Translations under genes and position numbers: made by a program
DNA from: Thermoplasmataceae archaeon
Lineage (GTDB): Archaea; Thermoplasmatota; Thermoplasmata; Thermoplasmatales; Thermoplasmataceae
Reading direction: 5' to 3'
Length of the DNA stretch: 64,000 bases
NCBI GenBank assembly: GCA_038729425.1
Contig: JAVYSB010000001.1
Span: forward strand, 143,927-207,926
Notes under the pieces: generated by a model
Database searches by the model: none
Told to the model about the DNA's origin: nothing
What the model saw: only the letters and a program-made list of their open reading frames with translations
Part shown: piece by piece, positions 1 to 10,322 of the stretch
Layout of the letters: every line of letters begins with the position of its first letter
How positions within the stretch are numbered: the stretch's first letter is position 1

Positions 1-36
1 ATTATACATAAAAGGGTGCAAAAATAAATAATAGAT

Positions 37-1038
37 ATGGCATACGCTGAAGGAAACGCAAAGATGACCGACCAAAAACCACCAAGACATGTATCCGACA
101 TTGACAAACGGCTAACTATGCAATTTGACATTAGTTTCCTTCTGAAAGACCGTATTTCAGAAGAGACCAGGAAGCTTGGAATTACTGCTCCGGGTTTTAC
201 GTATTACCATTCAGACAGAATTGAATTATTCTTCTACCTTCCACCATCAATTGAGCAGCTTGCAGAGGGCAAAAGGGCAATAACGATGATGAAGGCAAAA
301 AACAGAAACAATACGTGGATCGTGAGGTGCGATATCACAGACAGATCGGTGATTGACACAATAGAATCCCTCGTGGCAATCCCCTCGGTCGTCATAGATA
401 TGGTGTTGATGGATAAAGGTAGCCTGAAGATCAGATTCAGGTTTCATCATAATTTCATAAAGAATGCCTCTGACATCCTTCTATCTAAAATTGGAACGGT
501 TGACGCCCTATCTATAAATTATTTCGGAGAGTCCCGCGGCATAGCATCCACCATTATTGAGCAGTCTTCCCGTATACATCTTTCAGCAATAAAATTCACC
601 ATGGAACCGAATTCGCTGCAGTTCGACGAGACAAACGAAATTTTCAGCCAGCCCTGGATGCGAGTACGCAAGTATGACAGCGGTGGCCAGAAGCTGCACC
701 ATGTATACTTCTTTTATGGAAAAGAATTTGACCCGAAGAAATACAATTTAAAAACAATCTCGAAAGAGGATAGTCTTTATGAGACCAATTCAGAAAATCC
801 TGTATTGGTGTACCTTGTTTCGGAGTGCGAAAAACTTGGGCTCTTTTCGGATTCCATTCATATATACAACGGTAAAGTCCTCCTTGGACGTGTATGGATC
901 CCTAGCGCCTTCGTTCCAGACTATGTTGGGCTCATCGCATCGGCTAGGGCAAAGTTCCCTGACTGGAACATAGAAATAGGTGGCGTGACATCCATGGAGG
1001 ATGTGTTTGAACCTTCTTTCGATAGACTCAAGCACTAA
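37..1038 (+). CDS. Hypothetical protein, paralog A of a two-member local family (no recognisable domain)
   Basis: 333-aa ORF with an ATG start. A TATA-like ttatacataaaa lies about 25-30 nt upstream. It is similar over its full length to the convergent ORF 1118-2035 (NNTWIV/GDTWVI, KIRFRFHH/HIDLKFHH, ARAKFPDWNIEI/ARVKFPEIDVTL). Confidence 0.6.
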   Translation: MAYAEGNAKMTDQKPPRHVSDIDKRLTMQFDISFLLKDRISEETRKLGITAPGFTYYHSDRIELFFYLPPSIEQLAEGKRAITMMKAKNRNNTWIVRCDITDRSVIDTIESLVAIPSVVIDMVLMDKGSLKIRFRFHHNFIKNASDILLSKIGTVDALSINYFGESRGIASTIIEQSSRIHLSAIKFTMEPNSLQFDETNEIFSQPWMRVRKYDSGGQKLHHVYFFYGKEFDPKKYNLKTISKEDSLYETNSENPVLVYLVSECEKLGLFSDSIHIYNGKVLLGRVWIPSAFVPDYVGLIASARAKFPDWNIEIGGVTSMEDVFEPSFDRLKH

Positions 1039-1117
1039 CACCTGTTAATGTTATTTAAAGAAAAATAAGCGCCATTTCGAATTTTATCATCCTATTTTGC
1101 TACGTCTTTCCATTCTC

Positions 1118-2035
1118 CTACAGATATCTGAGACTTTCAAGTGTTACATCAATCTCTGGAAATTTCACCCTTGCCCTGTTGACAATATCCATCATACGTC
1201 CTGTATTGGATACGGGCAATATGGTCTCGGAGTGCATGTTAGCCCCATCATACTTCTCCACAACCGAAACTACCGGCAATGGAAGTTCGTTGATGGATTT
1301 AGAGAAAAAATCCCACACAGGAAAAGAGATTGTAGACGAGAAGAGTCCATCCTTTCTGGAAATTTCCTTAAACGACTCGGGGAGATCTGAATTTGGAGCC
1401 CTCTGGAAGTAAAATAAAGAACTGACACCACCATCATCCGTGCGAAATCTTTGTTCCCTTATAAATTTGCTTTCGGATTTGCCCCCCATACCTATTTCTG
1501 TCAACCGTGGGGCCTTATATCTTATCCCCAATACGCAAAGTGGGATTTTTGCTCCAACAACTTTTATCAACCCGGGTAGACTAGAAGTTGGCCTGATTTC
1601 CAGTGTCAGCAGATCCGCGCCTCTTGCCAGGTTGTTAAGAATAATGTCAGATATCGCGGCCCTATCTGTATGATGAAACTTTAAATCTATATGAAGGCCC
1701 TTTCCATCGAGATACGAATAATTCAATACTGCAGAGGGCACCTTCCCGAGGTAGTCCATTATGCTTTCACCAGTAGTTTGCCCTTTCCCTCTCTCTATGA
1801 CCCACGTGTCTCCCTTCCGTTGGGCCTTTAATGTTTCCATAATTACCTTCATTTCGTTGGTGACTTCGCTGGTGGGGGTAATCACGTAATACAGAGCAAA
1901 CTGAGACCGCTCTAAAACCCACGTAGACAAGGCAAACAACTGGGCTTTCTCAAAGAACGGAGCAAGCGGGTTTTTGGATGGCATTGAAAAAGACAACTCA
2001 GTATCGAGTACCCCTTTGATCTCCTCAATTATCAA
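1118..2035 (-). CDS. Hypothetical protein, paralog B of the same family
   Basis: 305-aa ORF starting at TTG 2035; the first ATG is at 1984. The N-terminal region still aligns with paralog A, which favours the TTG start. It is convergent with ORF 37-1038, and the two stops are 79 nt apart. Confidence 0.6.
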   Translation of the reverse strand: MIIEEIKGVLDTELSFSMPSKNPLAPFFEKAQLFALSTWVLERSQFALYYVITPTSEVTNEMKVIMETLKAQRKGDTWVIERGKGQTTGESIMDYLGKVPSAVLNYSYLDGKGLHIDLKFHHTDRAAISDIILNNLARGADLLTLEIRPTSSLPGLIKVVGAKIPLCVLGIRYKAPRLTEIGMGGKSESKFIREQRFRTDDGGVSSLFYFQRAPNSDLPESFKEISRKDGLFSSTISFPVWDFFSKSINELPLPVVSVVEKYDGANMHSETILPVSNTGRMMDIVNRARVKFPEIDVTLESLRYL

Positions 2036-2393
2036 TGTTATATTATCTGTAGTCCATATTTATTATTTTTCACCATTAAGCCTTAGAGATACGCCCTTGC
2101 GACCTGATGAATCCAAATCGTCAAGACAAAAGAAAATACCTGTCTTCTGTGTGGAGAGTTTTCAGTATTTTTAAGCACCAACGAACAAGCTATGATCGTA
2201 TCTATTTAAGCAAGGTAACCTGAGATAAATTTGATCCTTGCCCTAATATTCCGTCCAGAAAATGCCTGAAATTCGTCCATGTAATAGTAACTTCATCATA
2301 TTTTTACACTATCAAGGTTCGCTGGCGAATAAATATAAAGGATTTTGAGAAAATGTAAGGTTACTTATCCAGAACAACGAATTCTAAGCAAAG

Positions 2394-2400
2394 TATATAA
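2394..2400 (+). promoter_or_regulatory. TATA-like box upstream of the DUF72 gene
   Basis: tatataa lies 30-36 nt upstream of ATG 2430. The same spacing recurs at several other genes in the window. Confidence 0.4.
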
Positions 2401-2429
2401 CAAGATCCAAGTATGACTATCTCACATAG

Positions 2430-3239
2430 ATGGAATACAGACTTGGATGTTCAGGGTGGAGTTATATCCAATGGGTGGGGCCGTTCTATCCTTCAAGAAC
2501 GAAGGCAAATGATTTTCTAAAACTGTATGCAAAGGTCTTCAATACTGTTGAAATCGACTCCACATTTTATCGTATCCCAAGCGTCTCCACTTTGAATAAC
2601 TGGAGGAACTCGACTCCGGACGATTTCCTCTTCTGCCCAAAAGTCTTCAGAGAGATCACTCATGAATCAAGGTTAAGGGGCATCAACAATTCACTCAATT
2701 CCTTTCTGGATAGAATCCGAGAACTTGGAAAAAAGCTAGCTGTTGTGATCTTTCAGCTTCCACCTTCCCTCTCTCACAGTGAAGGTAGTGCCGATCTCGC
2801 AAACCTTGTAGAGTCCCTACCCTCAGACATCCAGTTCGCAGTGGAGTTCAGAGATAACTCGTGGTACATTGACGAAACATACCGACTTCTAAGACACAAC
2901 AATGTCATCTTAGTCTGGTCTGAAGTAACAAAAGTCGTGAACCCGGGTGTTTCTACCAGTAAAGTCGCACTTCTTAGGCTTGTTGGGGATAGAAAAATAC
3001 CAGAAGGTGATTTTGGAATAGTGCGCAAGAACAGGGATGCTGAAATAAAAAAGTGGACTAGTAAACTTAACGAAGAGAGATTTAGTCTAGATCACGTTTT
3101 TGCTTTTGCAAACAACCATTTCCAGGGTTTCGGGCCTGCAACCATTGATCTGCTTGGACAATCGCTTGGTCTAAAACCATTAAATTGGAGGCATGATGTG
3201 TTGCTGAATGGCCAAAAGAAGCAGGAAACATTGTTTTAG
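2430..3239 (+). CDS. DUF72 (UPF0759, YecE-like) family protein
   Basis: The N-terminus GCSGWSYIQWVGPFYP...FNTVEIDSTFYRIPS matches the remembered DUF72 signature (GtsGWsy..W...FYP...tvEvNstFY). Length is 269 aa. Confidence 0.75.
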   Translation: MEYRLGCSGWSYIQWVGPFYPSRTKANDFLKLYAKVFNTVEIDSTFYRIPSVSTLNNWRNSTPDDFLFCPKVFREITHESRLRGINNSLNSFLDRIRELGKKLAVVIFQLPPSLSHSEGSADLANLVESLPSDIQFAVEFRDNSWYIDETYRLLRHNNVILVWSEVTKVVNPGVSTSKVALLRLVGDRKIPEGDFGIVRKNRDAEIKKWTSKLNEERFSLDHVFAFANNHFQGFGPATIDLLGQSLGLKPLNWRHDVLLNGQKKQETLF

Positions 3240-3401
3240 CAGTTTATAACTAAGAAATGTCCCCATAAGGCATATATATATTTCTAACCATGCAAAATGC
3301 TAGTACGATTAGTATCGTCGGTTTTTGAAAACTGGTCTAGTACAAACCTAACATTTGAAAGTACTGACTATAGAACCATTAAATGTCTTTCAATTTAGCA
3401 G

Positions 3402-3968
3402 TTATTTGTAAATTCTCACTCCCAATTGGTACGGATAATCTTTTTTCTGAACTTCTTGTCTACCATTGGAAATTGCCAAAGGGTGCCCCACGGCGGTGAT
3501 AGTTGAAATTGTGAGCAAGACCGTATCAGTAGGGAATAGAATTGAGATTTTAATTAAAATGTATACTATGAAAGAAGTTGAATTCCAGTACATTTTATCA
3601 TTTCTGTCGGAGATGCTTGAAAACTCACACACATCTCTGCGGTCCTTCACTGAATGCTTTGAAGTATTGGCACCACCCAAATGAAATGGTGTGGATTTCG
3701 TAAAGCCTCCAATGAAGGATGATAGGTATGTGCCAGTAGATTCTACCATTGTCCTGTCATTGACTGTGAAGATCATTAAGACAATATGGCAATACTCGGA
3801 CAGAACAGCATAATAGAATGTTTGCCAGGGTCCCACCAACTGTTTACTTTTACTTCGAATCGTGAGATGATATCGTCTTTCGGCGCCACGCCTTGATCCA
3901 TAACCAGCATTGTCTTCCTGAAACCCCCATTGACGCTTCCGATGCAGGGATTCCATTTCGTATCGCAT
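3402..3968 (-). CDS. Questionable ORF (188 aa) of unknown function; it may be non-coding or a decayed gene
   Basis: This is the longest ORF in the gene-poor region. It has no recognisable motifs, an odd composition, and opposite-strand ORFs overlapping it. Confidence 0.2.
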   Translation of the reverse strand: MRYEMESLHRKRQWGFQEDNAGYGSRRGAERRYHLTIRSKSKQLVGPWQTFYYAVLSEYCHIVLMIFTVNDRTMVESTGTYLSSFIGGFTKSTPFHLGGANTSKHSVKDRRDVCEFSSISDRNDKMYWNSTSFIVYILIKISILFPTDTVLLTISTITAVGHPLAISNGRQEVQKKDYPYQLGVRIYK

Positions 3969-4638
3969 ACTGGATTCTATTTAAAAACAAATGTATGGTC
4001 ACTTAAATCTATAGGTTTTTTCTCCATATCTTATCCGGGGGGAGAATCAATGCTCCCCGACTCAGAGGTGGTGGGGAGAGGCACTTTATATTACAGAATC
4101 ATCTCGTCTTTAATAGAAAGCAGCAGTGCAGAGATCATACAATATACAACTTAAGGAATGAATTTCAGAAGATTTCGGAGAAGAAGAACTTCCTCGCAAG
4201 ATCTAGACATCTGCCCGAATTTGAACACCCTCTATCCAATCGAAACCATAACGGCGATCACGAATCTGAAACCCCCCAAGTAAGATCGTGAATTGCATGC
4301 CGAAGCCATGAGCCGAACTTGAGCATTCACACAATAAGTTCAAATTCACAATTTATGCCGATATGACGTACACCAGCGATGATCAGCAGAAGCAGGCTGG
4401 ATTGTTGCGAACTTGATTATTCCAATAATGCACAGAGTATATACGTTTTCCCGCGAAACAAGGGTCTAGGCAGAGAATACTCCCCGTATGACTGGTTTTG
4501 ATATATCCCGTGGATGTACTCGCTCAAGACCGGTACAGAGTGGATTGATATCCGCGGAGGTGTCTAAGAAATAAAGTTCGCACATCGGTGAGTTGCGAAC
4601 ACCCACAGTTGAATATAAAAAGAAAGAGAATAGAATGA

Positions 4639-4932
4639 TTACGCTTCTGGCTTTGCTGGTTGATTCAAGTCGTTCCCACACGATGGACAAAAATTGACAT
4701 TTTCTGTTACCATTCTTCCACATTTCAAACATACTCTTCCTTTTGCTCCGTTACTGTTAGGTTTCCATACTAGCGCAAGAATACCGCCTATCAATCCAAG
4801 AAGGAATCCTATGAAAAATCCTCCGAATGAACCATACCAGCTTATAATAGAAAATACTAATATCAGCGCACCCCAAATGACATGGCTATTAGGATTTGAG
4901 TGTAACAGGCGACTCTGCGCTCGTGCCGTCTC
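4639..4932 (-). pseudogene. Remnant of a small membrane protein with a C-terminal zinc ribbon; it has no usable start
   Basis: My manual translation of an open 97-codon frame gives ...HVIWGALILVFSIISWYGSFGGFFIGFLLGLIGGILALVWKPNSNGAKGRVCLKCGRMVTENVNFCPSCGNDLNQPAKPEA*. That reads as two TM-like helices plus CxxC...CxxC. There is no ATG/GTG/TTG in the first ~39 codons, and in-frame stops sit immediately upstream (4933-4935 and 4939-4941). Confidence 0.3.
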
Positions 4933-5160
4933 TCATGGCTATATTGGCAATAAAAGCAAAGAAACAGAGGGATTGGGTCGATGTGACGGGGAACAAAGTT
5001 ATGCAGCTGGGCCTAGATTTTCGATCCATATGGGCATAGATGATTTGATAGGGTGACTACTTTTATACACACATTGATATATTCCTGGATTCGATATCAG
5101 AACGTACAAAGAACCGTTTACATTTCCTTGTTGTTTGAAGAGTTTAAATCTAATATAAAG

Positions 5161-5234
5161 TGGGGCTGGCCGGGTTTGAACCGACGGCCACCTGGTTATG
5201 AGCCAGGCGCTCTACCAGGCTGAGCTACAGCCCC
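5161..5234 (-). tRNA. tRNA with CAT anticodon (elongator Met, or Ile2 if C34 is modified)
   Basis: The reverse complement folds as a cloverleaf: GGGGCTG TA GCTC AGCCTGGTA GAGC G CCTGG CTCATAA CCAGG TGGCC GTCGG TTCAAAC CCGGC CAGCCCC A. No CCA is encoded. The anticodon stem lacks the three G-C pairs typical of an initiator. Confidence 0.85.
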
Positions 5235-5237
5235 ATA

Positions 5238-5310
5238 CGCCGTTGATCGGATTTGAACCGATGACCGCTCGGTTAACAGCCGAGTGCTCTACCTACTGAG
5301 CTACAACGGC
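5238..5310 (-). tRNA. tRNA-Asn (GTT)
   Basis: Reverse complement: GCCGTTG TA GCTC AGTAGGTA GAGC A CTCGG CTGTTAA CCGAG CGGTC ATCGG TTCAAAT CCGAT CAACGGC G. It lies 3 nt upstream of the CAT tRNA on the same strand. Confidence 0.9.
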
Positions 5311-5416
5311 ACAGACTATGGTTAAGAGTTTGCTTTCTTTTAATCTTTTCGCAGACTAGCGGCAATCCCGTGACCAAGTACCCAGCATAATTGCTGAGCA
5401 AATCATATCTTGAGAT

Positions 5417-6968
<1,552 letters not shown>

Positions 6969-7047
6969 ATGGAAACGATATGGCAGGATGAGATATAACT
7001 ATTTCTTAATATTTTAATCATAGATATTAATTTTTCCAGTAAAAAAG

Positions 7048-7434
7048 TTACTTTCTCCTCTTGCGAATATCATAAAGAAGCATCTTGTCGTAATCTACAG
7101 ATACCTTGATTTTCTTGTTTTTGAGTATTTTCGTGGCTTTCTCTGTGATTTCCCTCACATCTTCCGCCGGTATACCCCTGTAAATGATCATTTCCTTCTT
7201 ATCCTGAGGGAAAATCATGCGGTATTTTGAACCTTCCTTGTTGTATCCCATTGGCTTCTTGTTTTTCTCGATTTCAACCATATTGAGTTCGAGGGAGACT
7301 TGATCGTACTGTTCATCCTCGATGTTCTGTTTGGTCTGACTGGCTATTGTATTCCAGAGTTCAGGGAATGCTTTGTCTAGATTTTTCCACTGGAATTTCT
7401 CGTCAAAATAAATGTGACCGCTCCAGTTTTTCAC
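7048..7434 (-). CDS. Hypothetical protein (128 aa, K/E-rich)
   Basis: Clean ORF with no competing frame. No recognisable domain. Confidence 0.45.
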   Translation of the reverse strand: MKNWSGHIYFDEKFQWKNLDKAFPELWNTIASQTKQNIEDEQYDQVSLELNMVEIEKNKKPMGYNKEGSKYRMIFPQDKKEMIIYRGIPAEDVREITEKATKILKNKKIKVSVDYDKMLLYDIRKRRK

Positions 7435-7494
7435 GCTTCTTTATCAATTTTGGATATTTAATTTTGTGTTATTAACCAATCAGCATGCAGGCAA

Positions 7495-7503
7495 AAATAT
7501 TAA
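7495..7503 (+). promoter_or_regulatory. TATA-like box for tRNA-Gln
   Basis: aaatattaa lies 28-36 nt upstream of the mature tRNA 5' end at 7531. Confidence 0.4.
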
Positions 7504-7530
7504 TGGAGATTAGCGTTAGCCGTACTGCTT

Positions 7531-7603
7531 AGCTCCGTGGTGTAGTGGCCAAGCATTACGGGCTCTGGACCCGTCGACGGCAGTTCGAATCTGCCCGGAG
7601 CTA
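7531..7603 (+). tRNA. tRNA-Gln (CTG)
   Basis: AGCTCCG TG GTGTAGTGGCCAAGCATT ACGGG CTCTGGA CCCGT CGAC GGCAG TTCGAAT CTGCC CGGAGCT A. It has the A1-U72 pair typical of archaeal tRNA-Gln. Confidence 0.85.
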
Positions 7604-7627
7604 TTTATCTTTGGATATGGTGATATT

Positions 7628-8113
7628 ATGCCTGAGGGTGTTGATGAGGGTGAAGACGTAACCTTAGCTTTCTGCGATCTAATAGAGAAGGAGATACCTA
7701 TTGATCACGATTTTTTCAGGTACCTATCCAGCATTCGCAATGCCCAGGCTCATATCGGACTTGCCATATCCACAACAGACAAAATTCAGGAGACCAGGGA
7801 CATCCTTGACATGCTAGACACACTTTCCAGCGGCCTTTACGATCCAGATGTTAAACTTCCAGACCTCCAGAGAAAAATGATAAAGAGATCTGAAGAAACA
7901 CCTGTGGATCTAGTTGAAAAAATGTCAAGAGGAGACCTCAGGGCCGCGCACCTTCTTTCTGCGAGCTCGATGATACAATTAGCCGCCGGCTATCTGACCA
8001 GTGCAAGGAAGGACCCCGATTTTGCCGGAGTGATTCCTGATTATACCATCAAATATATGTACAAACTCAGTATTTTTGTGTACAGAGAAGCGATGGGGCA
8101 CGTGTTAATGTAA
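7628..8113 (+). CDS. Hypothetical protein (161 aa)
   Basis: Clean ORF immediately after tRNA-Gln. No confident domain; see the rejected HEPN-like motif note. Confidence 0.45.
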   Translation: MPEGVDEGEDVTLAFCDLIEKEIPIDHDFFRYLSSIRNAQAHIGLAISTTDKIQETRDILDMLDTLSSGLYDPDVKLPDLQRKMIKRSEETPVDLVEKMSRGDLRAAHLLSASSMIQLAAGYLTSARKDPDFAGVIPDYTIKYMYKLSIFVYREAMGHVLM

Positions 8114-8118
8114 ATGGT

Positions 8119-8961
8119 TCACGATGACTTCGCAGACCTTTCAATGTATTGCTTGTATGAAAGTGGCTCCTTTACGTATCGATCCAGAAGCATTGTGTTA
8201 TCCCTGTAGTAATTAAGCAACATCCTGTTGATCTCTTCTTCCGTAAAGATTGATCTTTCGGCAAGTTTCCTTATTGCACCCCTTCTGAACAGTTTCCCAG
8301 CCGACCTAGCAGGTTTAACCCCAAGAGAAACTCTTGCAGTGTTTATGCAATCGAGAAAGCTGAATTTGTTCTTCGCAGACACATTAATGGCGCCTCGGGT
8401 TTCCAGTGAATTCTTAATGACAGTGACCAGGTCCTCTACGTAAACTGGGCTCAGATCGCCCTCCTGCGGAAACTTTCCCATATGGTTTTTGGCAGTGTTT
8501 ATTATTCTTGCCGTCAGATGATCTCCGTCTCCGAAGATGTTAGATGGTCTCACAATAAGGTGATTCTTCACGAGTTGCGCGTTTCCCTCCGCCACTCTCT
8601 TTACCCTGAAATATTCTGTTTTACCCTTCTCGAGGTTTATCTGCGAAATGTAAATCAGTTTCTGATCCTTATCGACTTTTTTTATCCCTTTTACCACGTT
8701 CTTCATCCCGTTGACCTGCAGATCAAAGTGGGACTCATCCACTTCATTCTGGGTTCCGACCGAGACGACTACGGTATCGAAACCATTCACTGCCTCAATC
8801 ACTTTTGCTTCATCGAGTATGCTACCCTCAATCCATTTTGCCCCAAAATCATCTAAAATTTTTGACCTGTGCCTTGAATAATAGGCATTTTCCTCTGAAC
8901 CGAATGACCTGATAAAATTCGTACCCAAGAAACCTGAACCGCCAAACACAATTGTTTTCAC
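8119..8961 (-). CDS. NAD(P)-binding epimerase/dehydratase-family (NmrA/NDUFA9-like) protein
   Basis: N-terminal Rossmann motif MKTIVFGGSGFLGTNF. Length is 280 aa. Confidence 0.6.
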   Translation of the reverse strand: MKTIVFGGSGFLGTNFIRSFGSEENAYYSRHRSKILDDFGAKWIEGSILDEAKVIEAVNGFDTVVVSVGTQNEVDESHFDLQVNGMKNVVKGIKKVDKDQKLIYISQINLEKGKTEYFRVKRVAEGNAQLVKNHLIVRPSNIFGDGDHLTARIINTAKNHMGKFPQEGDLSPVYVEDLVTVIKNSLETRGAINVSAKNKFSFLDCINTARVSLGVKPARSAGKLFRRGAIRKLAERSIFTEEEINRMLLNYYRDNTMLLDRYVKEPLSYKQYIERSAKSS

Positions 8962-9059
8962 CCTGCTTTATTGTCTATGAAAATATTAATGTTGCCGAGA
9001 GAAAAAATCTAATTAAGCGAAATTTTTAATGCAATTAGTTCTACACTTATTTGAGATTG

Positions 9060-10322
9060 ATGAAACATAAGGGAAGAAATGTATACATGGTTGCCGGAGG
9101 CGTTACAAAATTCGCAAAGGCGACTCCGGATATGGATTTCAGGTTGAGGGTGAAGAAGGCATTTGACTATGCAATGGAGGATGTCCATCTATCATTGAAA
9201 GATATAGACGGATCCGTGGCATCGTACTTCTCTGATCACTTTCAGAGACAGTTAATGTCGGGCATTATGGTTCAGGATTATCTGGGCCTGACACCAAAGC
9301 CAAGCAAGAGAGTCGAAGGAGGAGGAGCGACTGGCGGTCTCGCGTTCCAGACTGGATATGAGGAGATTGCCTCCGGAAGAATGGATACCTGCGCAGTCTA
9401 TGGATTTGAGACAATGTCCCACGTGAACACCTGGAAAGGGAATGAATTTATAGCACTGGCAAGCGATACAAATTTTGACTATCCTGTGGGAGGGTTTTAC
9501 ACAGGCTATTATGCGATGATGGCAGTACGTCACATGCATGAATTCGGCACAACCGTGGAACAGTTAGCCAAGGTGTCTGTGAAGAACCACAGGAATGCTC
9601 TGCACAACCCCTATGCTCAGAGCCCAATGGACATTACAGTTGCCGACGTGAGGAATTCTCCCATGGTATCGTATCCTCTCACAAGACTTGACGTCTGCAC
9701 GATGTCTGATGGGGCTGCGGTGTCGATACTAGCGTCTGAAGAAAAGGCATTCGAGATCACCGACAGGCCAGTGCTGATAAAGAGCATAGGCACTGGAACG
9801 GATACCATGAGGCTGGCGGACAGACCAATGCTGAAAGTACCGCTCCTGCCAAACGAGAAAGAATCAGATTACGCGAACCTGAAGTACCCTGGCGTGCACT
9901 CTTTTCGAGCTGGAAGAACCGCAGCAAAGGAGGCTTATGAAGGAGCCGGAATCACAGATCCGCTTGAGGAACTTGATCTTGTTGAACTTCACGATGCGTA
10001 CACTTCTTCCGAAATTCAAACTTACGAAGATCTGGGGCTCTGCAAATACGGCGAGGGTGGAAGCTTCATAGAGAGCGGAAAATCTGAGCTTAAGGGAAAG
10101 GTTCCGGTGAATCCGTCCGGAGGGCTACTCGCATCCGGGCATCCGGTGGGCGCCACCGGGATCATGCAGTCTGTGTTCATGTTCTGGCAGCTACAGAGAA
10201 CCGTAAAGAAGCATTTCAAGGACGATTACCTCCAGTTAAGTAATCCAAAACGGGGTCTCATACACAGTCACGCCGGCACTGGGACCTATGTTACTGCAAC
10301 GATAATGGAGGCGGTGAAATGA
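9060..10322 (+). CDS. Thiolase-domain protein (archaeal acetoacetyl-CoA thiolase / SCP-x-like)
   Basis: MKHKGRNVYMVAGGVTKFAK... and the C-terminal NPSGGLLASGHPVGATG are typical of archaeal thiolases. I chose the ATG at 9060 over the TTG at 9051. The stop overlaps the next gene (ATGA). Confidence 0.8.
   Translation: MKHKGRNVYMVAGGVTKFAKATPDMDFRLRVKKAFDYAMEDVHLSLKDIDGSVASYFSDHFQRQLMSGIMVQDYLGLTPKPSKRVEGGGATGGLAFQTGYEEIASGRMDTCAVYGFETMSHVNTWKGNEFIALASDTNFDYPVGGFYTGYYAMMAVRHMHEFGTTVEQLAKVSVKNHRNALHNPYAQSPMDITVADVRNSPMVSYPLTRLDVCTMSDGAAVSILASEEKAFEITDRPVLIKSIGTGTDTMRLADRPMLKVPLLPNEKESDYANLKYPGVHSFRAGRTAAKEAYEGAGITDPLEELDLVELHDAYTSSEIQTYEDLGLCKYGEGGSFIESGKSELKGKVPVNPSGGLLASGHPVGATGIMQSVFMFWQLQRTVKKHFKDDYLQLSNPKRGLIHSHAGTGTYVTATIMEAVK

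Larger units (their letters stand above)
3240..5160. other. Gene-poor stretch of about 1.9 kb with only short, mutually overlapping or broken reading frames
   Basis: No ORF here has a recognisable family. Frames are interrupted on both strands. The region lies directly downstream of the 3' end of the tandem tRNA genes at 5161-5310, in an otherwise tightly packed window. Confidence 0.5.

Noticed and set aside
4037-4078. GGGGAG...CTCCCC...GGGGAG arrangement that could form two mutually exclusive 6-bp hairpins, which would be attenuator-like.
   Set aside because: It lies in the decayed region with no downstream gene to regulate. The stems are short, and I cannot assess conservation.
4212-4230. 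tgcccgaatttgaacaccc, which resembles the T-arm region of the adjacent tRNA(CAT). I considered it as a possible att-site remnant.
   Set aside because: Only about 13 of 19 positions match, and the sequence does not form a T-stem. That is compatible with chance and too weak to define an integration boundary.
4466-5056. ORF-track entries 4466-4732 (minus, 88 aa) and 4694-5056 (plus, 120 aa).
   Set aside because: Both overlap the start-less TM + zinc-ribbon frame in other frames, and neither has protein-like features. I treat them as by-products of a decayed gene.
7736-7753. IRNAQAH (R-x4-H) in the 161-aa ORF, reminiscent of the HEPN RNase motif.
   Set aside because: The motif lies near the N-terminus rather than in the usual C-terminal helix. 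No nucleotidyltransferase (MNT) partner is adjacent. A six-residue pattern alone is not enough evidence.
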